Below, one piece after another: positions 55,286 through 64,000 of a stretch of DNA of 64,000 nt. The first letter of the stretch is position 1, and each line of letters starts with the position of its first letter. The notes beneath the pieces are model-generated. The model was not told the DNA's origin. It saw only the letters and a program-made list of their open reading frames with translations, and made no database searches. The translations under genes and the position numbers were made by a program. Source of the stretch: an archaeon (GTDB lineage Archaea > Micrarchaeota > Micrarchaeia > Norongarragalinales > UBA97); contig JAGVFW010000003.1 of assembly GCA_020057405.1 (NCBI GenBank), forward strand, positions 32,001 through 96,000, written 5' to 3'.

Positions 55286-56206
55286 TTAGCGCTTTTCGCC
55301 CTGCCAAAGCGAGACGAATTCCTTGTAGTTTCGGGCAACCATCTCGACTGCTTCCTCGCGCGAGTGCTTGCCGTCCTTCAGGCCCGCCAGGGCGTCCCAG
55401 AAGATGGTGCGGCCGACTGCAAAACCGATGATACCGGGAATTTTGGCGCCAACGGAAAGCCATTCCTTGACTTTTTCCTTGCTTTCGCCGCGGCCGAGCG
55501 TGATGACGCCGGCTTTCCTGCCGTTTGCCTGCGCTTGGGCGACTATTGCACGCGCGTCCTTTGGCGAATCAACGCCCTCCATCTTCCAGACGTCGGGCTC
55601 GACGCCTGCGGCCTGGATGTCGGCCATTGCGCGGACCATGAGCTTGGGGCGAAGTTGGGAATCGTAAGCGGCCTTGTCCCCATTGAGTTTCGCCAACTGG
55701 TCGGCGGTCGCGGGGACGAGGAGCTCGAAGAGGTAACCCCGATTGGTGCGCTCGAGGTATTCGCCGAGGGTCTTGAGGCGGGCGAGCTGGCGCTTGTTCA
55801 TCACGGCATCAGCTTCGTGGTTGTAGCGCACGAGCACTTTTGCGAATGCGGGTGCAAAGTCTTCTAGGTGGTGGCCGAATGCCCCGCCGTACTCGAAGTC
55901 AAACTCGTCCTGACCGCTTTTCTCAACGGGCATGGCGAAGTTTACGCCATTTGCTCTCGCGTCGACCGCGATTGCCGCGCCGAACTGCTCGTCAACGAGA
56001 ATGCCTGCGATGGGCTTTGGCACGCCATCGGCAATCGCCTTTGAGAAGCCCTCGTAGACGACTTTCTTGAAGTCGCAAATGCGGGAAGTCTCTGCCACGG
56101 TAGGCGGGCGTCCCTTGATGCCGAATAGCTTCTCCATGAACGACCCGCGGTGGTCAAACGCGAGAATGAGCAGCTGCCGCTTAGTAAAGTCCTTCTCCAA
56201 TGCCAT
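55286..56206 (-). CDS. DUF2090 (IolC C-terminal-like) class I aldolase-fold protein
   Basis: LAFDHRGSF, GILVDEQFG, KVLVRYN, FELL, PDVWKMEG, GFAVGRTIF. Confidence 0.85.
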   Translation of the reverse strand: MALEKDFTKRQLLILAFDHRGSFMEKLFGIKGRPPTVAETSRICDFKKVVYEGFSKAIADGVPKPIAGILVDEQFGAAIAVDARANGVNFAMPVEKSGQDEFDFEYGGAFGHHLEDFAPAFAKVLVRYNHEADAVMNKRQLARLKTLGEYLERTNRGYLFELLVPATADQLAKLNGDKAAYDSQLRPKLMVRAMADIQAAGVEPDVWKMEGVDSPKDARAIVAQAQANGRKAGVITLGRGESKEKVKEWLSVGAKIPGIIGFAVGRTIFWDALAGLKDGKHSREEAVEMVARNYKEFVSLWQGEKR

Positions 56207-56238
56207 CTAAACCATCCCCCAAAATTGAATTCAAATTA

Positions 56239-57195
56239 TTAATGCGAGTGCCTGTGAATTGCCTCGACGTAGCGAACTGTGCCGCTTTTTGCGCGCATGA
56301 CGACGGAATGCGTGCGGATTACACCATGCGGCTCAAACGCTACGCCCTTAAGAAAAGTGCCGTCGGTGACACCAGTTGCCACAAACATTGTTTCTTTCCC
56401 GCCGGCCAAGTCCTCGAGCTTGAGAATCTTGTCGGGGTCGGCCAAGCCGTAGTCGATTGCGCGCTTGCGTTCCTCTGGATTGCGGAAGGCAAGCCTGCCC
56501 TCCATGTAACCGCCCAAGCACTTCATTGCCGCCGCGGCAAGCACGCCCTCTGGTGCCCCGCCGATGCCAAAGAGGGCGTCGACGTTTGAGCCCGGCATTG
56601 CCGAGGCGATTGCACCGGAGACGTCGCCGTCGCCGATTAGTTTTATGCGCGCACCGGCTGCTCGCACGTCGTCTATGAGTTTTTTGTGCCTCTCGCGGTC
56701 GAGGATGACGATTGAAAGCTCGTTAACTTCCTTCCCCGTCTTCTTGGCAATGCTTTTCAGGTTCTCGCCAACGGACCTTTCAAGCGAGACGGCATTGCCG
56801 ACGATGGGGCCGACGGCGATTTTCTCCATGTAAGTGTCGGGAGCATTAAGCAGCTTGCCGTGGGGTGCTGCTGCAAGAACGGCTAGTGCGTTTTCCCCGC
56901 CCCTTGCGGTGACGCCGGTGCCCTCAAGGGGGTCAACAGCGATGTCGATTTTCATGCCCTTGCCCGTGCCGACTTTCTCGCCGATGAAAAGCATTGGCGC
57001 CTCGTCCCGCTCGCCCTCGCCGATGACTACGGTACCCGCAATGTCGATGAAGTTGAGCCGCTCGCGCATCGCGGTGACTGCTGCCTGGTCTGCCGAGTTG
57101 CTGTCGCCCTTGCCTGCCCACTTTGATGCGGAGATGGCTGCGGCTTCGGTAACGCGAACGAATTCTAGAGCGAGATTCTTATCCATTTCCACCAA
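56239..57195 (-). CDS. glpX: Class II fructose-1,6-bisphosphatase
   Basis: RVTEAAA, IGEGERDEAPML, DPLEGT, APDTYMEK, GAPEGV, ATGVTDG. Confidence 0.95.
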   Translation of the reverse strand: MVEMDKNLALEFVRVTEAAAISASKWAGKGDSNSADQAAVTAMRERLNFIDIAGTVVIGEGERDEAPMLFIGEKVGTGKGMKIDIAVDPLEGTGVTARGGENALAVLAAAPHGKLLNAPDTYMEKIAVGPIVGNAVSLERSVGENLKSIAKKTGKEVNELSIVILDRERHKKLIDDVRAAGARIKLIGDGDVSGAIASAMPGSNVDALFGIGGAPEGVLAAAAMKCLGGYMEGRLAFRNPEERKRAIDYGLADPDKILKLEDLAGGKETMFVATGVTDGTFLKGVAFEPHGVIRTHSVVMRAKSGTVRYVEAIHRHSH

Positions 57196-57499
57196 CTCTT
57201 TCTTCTTAGCAAATCAATAATATAAGGAGGGAGGGCGCGACGGCGCAGAGCACTTTTGGGATTGCCTCCTTGGGGTTGCCTGGCGAAGCGCCCTCATTTG
57301 GTCCTTGTCCTGACGGCTCCCGAAGGCGCGGGTGAGCGCCCCCAACGGGAGTATGATAAAGTATGAAGACATCATATTTAAAAGTTTTGGCTAGGGCCGG
57401 CCAAACGTACCGGCAAAGTGGCCGAAATGCCGGGGGGAGCAGGCACAACCGCCGCATTTAAATCCTACTTTATCATACTTCCTCTTATTCGGTGGGGAT

Positions 57500-58345
57500 T
57501 TGGCAGAGTTAGAGCGCGTTACGGTCACCATAGACAGGAACCTGCTTGCAAGCGTGGACGCTACGGTGGGCTCCGGCGAGGCAAAGTCAAGGAGCCACGC
57601 GATTGACCTTCTTTTGAGAAAAGCGCTTGCACGGACTCAGATGAGGAAGGCCATTCTTTTGGCTGGCGGCAGCCGCGATAAGCTCATGGCACCTGATGGG
57701 AAGGAAATCAAGCCCTTAGTCGAAGTGGGCGGCGTCCCGGTTATTGAGCGCATCCTCTTGCAGCTAAAGCGTTTTGGCGTAGAGGAAGTCACGGTGAGTG
57801 TCGGCTACCATGGCGAGCGCATCGTATCCAGGCTGCAAAACGGCGAGCGCTTTGGCATCAGGGTCAAGTACGTCTGGGAGAACGCCGACTCGCCCTTGGG
57901 AAGCGCGGGGAGCCTGCGATCCGCCCAGCCTGCGCTAAACGAGACGTTCGTCTTAAGTTATGCCGACGTGCTCTACGACTCGCTTGACTTGGCCGACATG
58001 CACCGGTTCCACAAGGTAAACGGAGGCGCGTGCACACTCGCGCTTGCAAATGCCGAGCGGGCGAGCCACTTTGGCGTTGCGCAGATGGAGGGGTCGCGCA
58101 TTCTCGACTTTGCAGAAAAGCCAGTCAGTGCGCAGTCGCACTTGATTAACGCGGGGGTTGCGATTTGCGAGCCAAGCGTCTTTGCATTCATTCCGAAAAA
58201 AACGCCTTGCAGTTTTGAGCACGACTTGCTTCCCGCGATGGCCAAGAAGGGCAAGCTCTTCGGCTACGTCTATTCCGGCCCGTGGTTTGATGTCGGCAAG
58301 GCCCAGGCGCTGCAGTCAGCGCAAAAGTATTTTGAGCGAAGGTAA
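57500..58345 (+). CDS. RHH (CopG-like)-fused sugar-phosphate nucleotidyltransferase-family protein
   Basis: RVTVTIDRNLL...SRSHAI; AILLAGG, KPL, PLGSAG, FAEKP, WFDVG. Confidence 0.85.
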   Translation: MAELERVTVTIDRNLLASVDATVGSGEAKSRSHAIDLLLRKALARTQMRKAILLAGGSRDKLMAPDGKEIKPLVEVGGVPVIERILLQLKRFGVEEVTVSVGYHGERIVSRLQNGERFGIRVKYVWENADSPLGSAGSLRSAQPALNETFVLSYADVLYDSLDLADMHRFHKVNGGACTLALANAERASHFGVAQMEGSRILDFAEKPVSAQSHLINAGVAICEPSVFAFIPKKTPCSFEHDLLPAMAKKGKLFGYVYSGPWFDVGKAQALQSAQKYFERR

Positions 58346-58379
58346 AGGCAAATAAGCCCCCTTTGCACGAATTCTCATT

Positions 58380-59483
58380 ATGCCGAAGATAGCTTCCAAG
58401 AACATTAAGTGGGGTCTTGCCTTCGAACTCCTAGCCATGGGCCACTCTAGGGACGCAGCCGTCCAAGTTCTCCAGCAAGAGCATCATCCCTGGAATTCAC
58501 TTGAAGAAGTTCATCGCGCTTATTTTCCCACAGGCGGTTCGCTCAAGTCACCTAATCTTGAGGGCGCTTCGCGCGAGGAAATTCTTGCGGAAATGAAAAG
58601 AATTGGCGAGATAAGGCGCAAAGTGAGTGAGCGGATGAAGGCACTGAACGACGACCCGGACTTCGCGACAATGAGAAACGCGCGCATCGCGGCAGTGAAT
58701 GCCGACCTCGAACTGACTGAAAAACGCAAGAAGGCGCAGAAAGTGGCGCTTGCGGAAGTTACGAACAGTCCGGATATGGGAAGGCAAATATCGATAGGCC
58801 TGCGCAAAAAAATTGCTGAAGACCCCGAATTTGCGCAGAGGCTTTCTCAAAACGGTTCTGCGGTCCTTAACGCGCTTTGGGACAACGACGACTTTCGGGC
58901 ACTGGCTTCCAAAAAGTCAAGCGCTTTTTTCACTCAACTTAACCAGGAGCCGTCTTTCGCTGCAAAGAGGGACGCCAAGATTGAGGGCGTAAACAAGCGG
59001 CGAAAAGAGAACCCGGCTTTCGGGAGGAGGTGGCTTAACGCGCTCAGGGCAGCGAAAACTAAAAAAACCAAGGCTGCAGCGATAAGAGGGTTTTTGGAAG
59101 GGCAAGACAGCACTTCCTCGGATTTCGAGCAAACTCCCGTAGATGCCAACACCCCAGAAAGCCATTTGATGACAAAACTCATGGCGGAAGAACTCATCAA
59201 AGCATTAGCCGCCCTTGAGCCGCAAGAGCGTCACGCGGTCAACGAGGAGTTCGAGCTTGGGATTGACTTGCCTAAAGCGCAATTCACTGACGACGAAAGG
59301 CAAAAACACGTCGCTAGCGCGCTTAAGAAAATGCGCGACCACTTCACCGACATCGACCTCCACGACTACCGGCCAGAGCCACAATGGCAGCCGAACACCA
59401 AGCGCTCGAAGGTAATAGACATCGAACTTCCAAGCGCCCTTGGCAGGCTGACCAAGGATACGCGCAAGAACCGCAAGCGCTAA
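58380..59483 (+). CDS. Helical-repeat protein with sigma70 region-4-like C-terminal segment
   Basis: Roughly 22-aa DPEF-type repeats; TPESHL...ALAALEPQERHAV...ERQKHVASALKKMR. Confidence 0.55.
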   Translation: MPKIASKNIKWGLAFELLAMGHSRDAAVQVLQQEHHPWNSLEEVHRAYFPTGGSLKSPNLEGASREEILAEMKRIGEIRRKVSERMKALNDDPDFATMRNARIAAVNADLELTEKRKKAQKVALAEVTNSPDMGRQISIGLRKKIAEDPEFAQRLSQNGSAVLNALWDNDDFRALASKKSSAFFTQLNQEPSFAAKRDAKIEGVNKRRKENPAFGRRWLNALRAAKTKKTKAAAIRGFLEGQDSTSSDFEQTPVDANTPESHLMTKLMAEELIKALAALEPQERHAVNEEFELGIDLPKAQFTDDERQKHVASALKKMRDHFTDIDLHDYRPEPQWQPNTKRSKVIDIELPSALGRLTKDTRKNRKR

Positions 59484-59518
59484 CCCACCGCTTGTTTTAA
59501 ATATTACGGCTTCGAACT

Positions 59519-62500
59519 TTGTGCATGGATAGGGGAGGGCTTGCACGCACTTACGTGCGCGGGGTAAAAAAAGCTCTTAAGGAAATTTACGAGGCCGGAG
59601 AGGAGGGCTTCTTCGGCCTGGCGGACGACTTCGAGGGCCGCGACGTTCCCGTCTACGAAAAATACATCAACCCCCTAGAGAAGCGCGGCGTGCCGAGCTT
59701 CCCGTTTACTACTGGCGTTTCCGGCATCGTCATGGTGATGGTGGGCCTGTTCCTCTACTCTCTTTTGGTTTCGCCCAACACTACGGTTGTCGAGTTCCGC
59801 GTGGTTGACACGCAAAACCATCCCATTGACGGGGCGCTCGTGCAGATTAACGACGCGTTCTCAAAGAAAGTCGAGACTTACTCTTACACTATTTCAGGCG
59901 GCAAGCTCTTGTTCAATCAAGTGCCTGCAGGAAAAGCGCTGACGTATGCGGCTTACAAGCCCGGATACGAGAGAAAGAGCGCGTCCATTGGCGGTAGCGA
60001 GCGGCTGATTACTATAGTAATGCGGTGTGTGAGCGGCGACTGCGGCACAAAGGCGCCCGCACTTCTTTTCTCGAACTTGAATGTCTGCGCTGACGGGACG
60101 CCAATCGGCGAGTGCAGCGTGACGCGGCGGCCCCTTAGGTGCAAGAATGGCGTGATGGTTCCCGATGCAAGCTGCGGGTGCGACGCTGGCTTTACATTCA
60201 AGGACGGCACGTGCGTTCCCGACAACGGATGCGGGTACTTCTGCCCCGACGGCACGCTCATCGGCTCGTGCTCGGCAAGCAAGCCGCTTGAATGCAATTC
60301 AGACCTGACCCTAACGACTAATGCGCAAAAGTGCGGCTGCCCGCCCGGATTCTTTGCCCAAGGCAACGTCTGTAAGCCCGAACGCACGACCACCGACTGC
60401 CCTGGCGGCGTTCCCCGCCTTGCGTGCAGTCCCAGCCAGCCATTTTACTGCAACCGCGACGGCAAGGTCGAGACTCGCGGAGACTTGTGCGGATGCCCCG
60501 AAGGGTTTACGCTTGATGGCACAAACTGCAAGGCTGACACGGGCGGGGGCGCAACTGAATGCGCAGACAACACCGCCAAGGGCCAGTGCAGCACTACGCG
60601 GCCGTTCTACTGCAATGACGCCCTTGAATTGGTTTCAAGGGAAAGCTGCGGGTGCGGCCCCAACTATCGTTACGCCAATGGCGTGTGCGAACCCCAGCAG
60701 CGGCCGACCGCCTGCAGTGATGGCACGGCTTTTGGCACCTGCTCGCGCAACAAGCCGTTTAGGTGTTCAGAGACGGGCGTGCTTGAGAACGCGGCGAGCA
60801 GCTGCGGATGCCCTGACGGTTTTGACTTGAATTCCGCCGACGACAGCTGCAAGCGGCGCGAAGGGACATACTTCTGCACGGATGGCACGCAGTCGACGAA
60901 GTGCTCCGCAGACAAGCTGTTCGTTTGCGATGCGACCTGCACTCTAAAGTACGCTCCGACCAGTTGTAGTTGCACGCCAAACCTGGCGATATTGTCGTGG
61001 CACCCGACTTTCGCGTGGCAGACTCTGACAATAAAGACCGACAGGGGCACCCTCGTCGTCACAATGCCGCCAGTAAATCCCGGCAAGCCGACCGAGTGGC
61101 CGGTGATTCTTTACGTGGCCCAAGACGGCACGCTTTACTACGGCGATGACGCACACGATGGCACCGGCAACCGATTGAACTTCGAGCAGGCCGCATCTAT
61201 CGCGCATAGGGTTGACCCAAGCAAGGCAATCAACAGCGCTGCTTTCGTGCTAACTGCTGTAACAGGCATGGTCTCAACTCGCGGCGATGTCTCAAGCGAC
61301 TTGCGCCAGGGCGAGATTTACGCAGCCTGGGGAATTAACGCCAAGAGCGGCTCGCGCGAACTGCCCGGCAACCACTTTGGCTACCTTGACCGGTTCAACA
61401 AATTTGTTTTGCAGGCCTGCACTGACAACTCTTGTTCAGTCAGGTCGGGAAGCCAATGTGGAGGCGGCGGTGGAGGCACCCCAACGCCCACTCCGGGAGG
61501 CATCACTCCGACACCCACGTCAACCCCGACGCCTACGCCCACTCCAGGCGGGCCTTACTGCGGTGACGGCATTTGCCAAGCTCCCGCCAACGACGCGCAG
61601 GGCACGTATGCTGAAACTTGCTTGCTTTGCCCGATGGACTGCGGCGTTTGCCCGCCTGAAGACAACACTGGCGACGTCGAGGCGCGGGTTAGCGAGTGCG
61701 GAAGCGGCCAGCCTATTGCTATTCCCAACGCGGTTGTTGTTGCCGGCGGAGTGCGCGGCGTGACGGACTCGGTGGGCCGCGTGCTGCTTACCCAAGTGCC
61801 CGCAGGCATCGGCAAGCCCGTTGACTCGTTCAAGGACACTTACTTGGCTTACCAGGGCAGCGTTGATGTGCCCCTTGGAGGCATTGCGCATGCGAACTTG
61901 TGCCTTAGGGCGAACACTGCGCCCACCCCGTTGACTGGAAGCGTGCAGGCTACAATCACATCCTGCAAAACGCAGCAGCCAATCCCGCTTGCAAGAGTGT
62001 TTGCTGGAGGAATCGGAGGAGAAACTGACTCTAGTGGAAGCGTGCTTTTAGCGCGCGTGCCAGTCGGAACGCAGCCCTTCGACGCTTTTGCCAATAGTTA
62101 CAAAGCTTACAAAGGACAAGTAACTGTGTTTTCGAACCAAGTGGCTTCGGCCCGCGCCTGCCTCGAAGAAACTGGCGGCGGCAGCACTCTTCTTGCTGGC
62201 GACTGCAGCTCGCCTGGCTTGATGGTGTATTCTTACGCCCCGCAGCCTGTTGCGCAGACTCTTGGTGTTGAGACCGAGTCAGGCGTAGTGGCAATTGCAT
62301 TGCCCGCTTTCTCGCCCGCAAGCGCCGAGCGTCCGATTGCGTTCTACATTGACTCTCAAGGAAAAGCGTATTTTGCCGACTCCAAGCACGACGGCACTGG
62401 CGCGAGGCTGACTTTCGAACAGGCGACTGCAGTCATGGGCTCTGTTGGAGGCGGCGGGAAGGCCGTGCCATTGACGTCCCAGTTTGCCTATGAGGTTGAG

Positions 62501-62842
62501 ACCACGCGCGGCGACTTGTCGGGCTCGACGCAAAGCCCCGTGCTCTACCTGGGCTGGGGTTACTCGACGACAAGCGGCTCGGACAAGTATCCTGCAAACG
62601 CGTTTGGTTACGTCAGCGCAAGTGGTGCTTTTGTTCCAGCAGGCTGCCGGGTTAACGACTGGCAAGTGTGCAGGTTTGGCAGGCCAATGGCACCAGAAGT
62701 TGTGCAAAACACTTGCGCAAACAAGGCAAGTGCATTCACTTCCTACCCATCCGGTTCGGCAGGAGCAAACATCGGTGCGCCAAGCGTGCCTGACAAGTGC
62801 ACCGACGGCACGCTCCCAGGCCAATGCAGTGTGGCAAAATGA
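59519..62842 (+). CDS. Membrane-anchored Cys-rich repeat surface protein
   Basis: TM near N-terminus; about seven CxDGT..G.CS...P..C...CGC repeats; CGDGIC motif; carboxypeptidase-regulatory-like beta domains. Confidence 0.75.
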   Translation: MCMDRGGLARTYVRGVKKALKEIYEAGEEGFFGLADDFEGRDVPVYEKYINPLEKRGVPSFPFTTGVSGIVMVMVGLFLYSLLVSPNTTVVEFRVVDTQNHPIDGALVQINDAFSKKVETYSYTISGGKLLFNQVPAGKALTYAAYKPGYERKSASIGGSERLITIVMRCVSGDCGTKAPALLFSNLNVCADGTPIGECSVTRRPLRCKNGVMVPDASCGCDAGFTFKDGTCVPDNGCGYFCPDGTLIGSCSASKPLECNSDLTLTTNAQKCGCPPGFFAQGNVCKPERTTTDCPGGVPRLACSPSQPFYCNRDGKVETRGDLCGCPEGFTLDGTNCKADTGGGATECADNTAKGQCSTTRPFYCNDALELVSRESCGCGPNYRYANGVCEPQQRPTACSDGTAFGTCSRNKPFRCSETGVLENAASSCGCPDGFDLNSADDSCKRREGTYFCTDGTQSTKCSADKLFVCDATCTLKYAPTSCSCTPNLAILSWHPTFAWQTLTIKTDRGTLVVTMPPVNPGKPTEWPVILYVAQDGTLYYGDDAHDGTGNRLNFEQAASIAHRVDPSKAINSAAFVLTAVTGMVSTRGDVSSDLRQGEIYAAWGINAKSGSRELPGNHFGYLDRFNKFVLQACTDNSCSVRSGSQCGGGGGGTPTPTPGGITPTPTSTPTPTPTPGGPYCGDGICQAPANDAQGTYAETCLLCPMDCGVCPPEDNTGDVEARVSECGSGQPIAIPNAVVVAGGVRGVTDSVGRVLLTQVPAGIGKPVDSFKDTYLAYQGSVDVPLGGIAHANLCLRANTAPTPLTGSVQATITSCKTQQPIPLARVFAGGIGGETDSSGSVLLARVPVGTQPFDAFANSYKAYKGQVTVFSNQVASARACLEETGGGSTLLAGDCSSPGLMVYSYAPQPVAQTLGVETESGVVAIALPAFSPASAERPIAFYIDSQGKAYFADSKHDGTGARLTFEQATAVMGSVGGGGKAVPLTSQFAYEVETTRGDLSGSTQSPVLYLGWGYSTTSGSDKYPANAFGYVSASGAFVPAGCRVNDWQVCRFGRPMAPEVVQNTCANKASAFTSYPSGSAGANIGAPSVPDKCTDGTLPGQCSVAK

Positions 62843-64000
62843 AGACTAAAATACAGGCAATTGTAGTAATCGCGGCAATGTTGCTGATTTTGACAGCTGG
62901 AGGCATCAACGCGGCCACGCCAACCCCAACCGGCCAGCCTACGGTCACCCCGACAGCCTGCGAATTGTGCCAAATCGAAGGCGGCCCCTGCCCTACAGAC
63001 TGTCCGGGCGGATCGCCGGGCCCAAGCCCCACGCCAATTGACTGCTTATTGTGCGAGACCATCCAAGGCAACGTAGCGTTGCCCTATTACTGTTACTTGA
63101 CCCCACCAGACGGGTGTGGATTGCCGACTCCAACGCCTTCAGGCACGCCCACCCCGACGCCGCTTGGCACGCCCACTCCAACTCCGGGCTGGTGCGGTGA
63201 CGGCATTTGCCAAGGCGGTGGCGGAGGGTTTGGCTCGCCTACGCCCATCGGGGTGATTGACGTCATTACCGCAAAGGGCGGATTCATGTCATTTCTTCCA
63301 GTCAAGGACATTGGCCTAGGCAACGGCGGGAGCGGCGGTTACTCTGAAACGTGTTCCTCGTGTGCAGTTGACTGCGGCGTGTGCCCGACGCCTTCACCAA
63401 CGCCATACGGCTTCTGCGGCGACGGCATTTGCGGAGCAACTGAAAACTGCATGCAGTGCACCCGCGACTGCGGTGCGTGCCCGACTCCCTCGCCCACTCC
63501 AACAACCGTTCCGTGCAACTGCTTCTGCGTTCCAAACCCGACTCCAACGCCTGGGCCGCAGAGCAACGCCTGCGCTGTTCGACCGCAGCTCGTTGACTTC
63601 ACCGCCTGCAAGCTTCAGTTGGGCGACATTTCTGGCCCCTCGCCATCATCCTGCCAGTCTGACCTGACTGTTCGCGTCTGCGACGCCACCGGTTTGCCGC
63701 TTGGCGGCAAGGTATCTGTTTTTGATGGCGTGTCGGACTTAAACTCCGGCTTGCGCATTCAAACGCTTACGCGAAACCGCGGGCGCACTTCGGCAACTGC
63801 AAAAGGAGGCACGCTGGCGCTTGACATTACAACCGGCACGGACGAACTGGTGCCGCCACTTGTCGTAAAGGCGTGGTGCGGCGACGGCAAGGCATTCGAG
63901 TGGCGCACGCCAGAGTTTAACCGCGGAGTCTCGGTCGGCATTGAGCCGAGCGACTTGCTGTTATACGCTTCAAGCGACGGCTCGACTTACTTTGCGACCA
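62839..64000 (+). CDS. Secreted Cys/Pro/Thr-rich protein (partial)
   Basis: ATGA overlap with the previous stop; signal peptide MKTKIQAIVVIAAMLLIL; CGDGIC motifs; appears open to the window end. Confidence 0.7.
   Translation, partial: MKTKIQAIVVIAAMLLILTAGGINAATPTPTGQPTVTPTACELCQIEGGPCPTDCPGGSPGPSPTPIDCLLCETIQGNVALPYYCYLTPPDGCGLPTPTPSGTPTPTPLGTPTPTPGWCGDGICQGGGGGFGSPTPIGVIDVITAKGGFMSFLPVKDIGLGNGGSGGYSETCSSCAVDCGVCPTPSPTPYGFCGDGICGATENCMQCTRDCGACPTPSPTPTTVPCNCFCVPNPTPTPGPQSNACAVRPQLVDFTACKLQLGDISGPSPSSCQSDLTVRVCDATGLPLGGKVSVFDGVSDLNSGLRIQTLTRNRGRTSATAKGGTLALDITTGTDELVPPLVVKAWCGDGKAFEWRTPEFNRGVSVGIEPSDLLLYASSDGSTYFAT

Noticed and set aside
55246-55305. Intact minus-strand tRNA using GCAGGG from the DUF2090 gene end as acceptor 5' strand
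   Set aside because: Too short, no D or anticodon arms, mismatched T-stem; the GCAGGG is coding sequence.

Overview
This is an archaeal window, probably from a DPANN/Micrarchaeota-like genome. That assignment is inferred from BHB-type tRNA introns, archaeal TATA promoters, archaeal RibC/RbkR and many Pro/Thr-rich surface proteins. The left two-thirds is mostly housekeeping: a complete de novo pyrimidine set (carAB, pyrB/I/C/D/K/E/F), a mosaic riboflavin operon with palindromic RbkR-type operators, non-oxidative pentose phosphate genes, prs, glmS, thyX and dcd/dut. It also holds a bacterial-type nrdR-nrdA-nrdB operon whose R2 subunit carries class Ic (Mn/Fe) signature residues. A LAGLIDADG ORF runs into a two-intron tRNA-Arg(CCT), and a small accessory island carries an ice-binding (DUF3494) gene. 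The most unusual region is about 47.6-55.3 kb. Six same-orientation copies of G(T/A)CTAAGTGCAGGGGGAG, resembling the reverse complement of a tRNA-Leu 3' end, sit in palindromic junctions with arms CTTAGAC-N3-GTCTAGAAG. They separate gene-sized cargo: Fic genes, a TauE/SafE transporter, a beta-helix surface enzyme, an M14-like protein and a ParB-like protein. The result looks like a repeat/gene-sized-spacer cassette array with no recombinase in the window. Product calls come from motif recognition only; no database searches were run.
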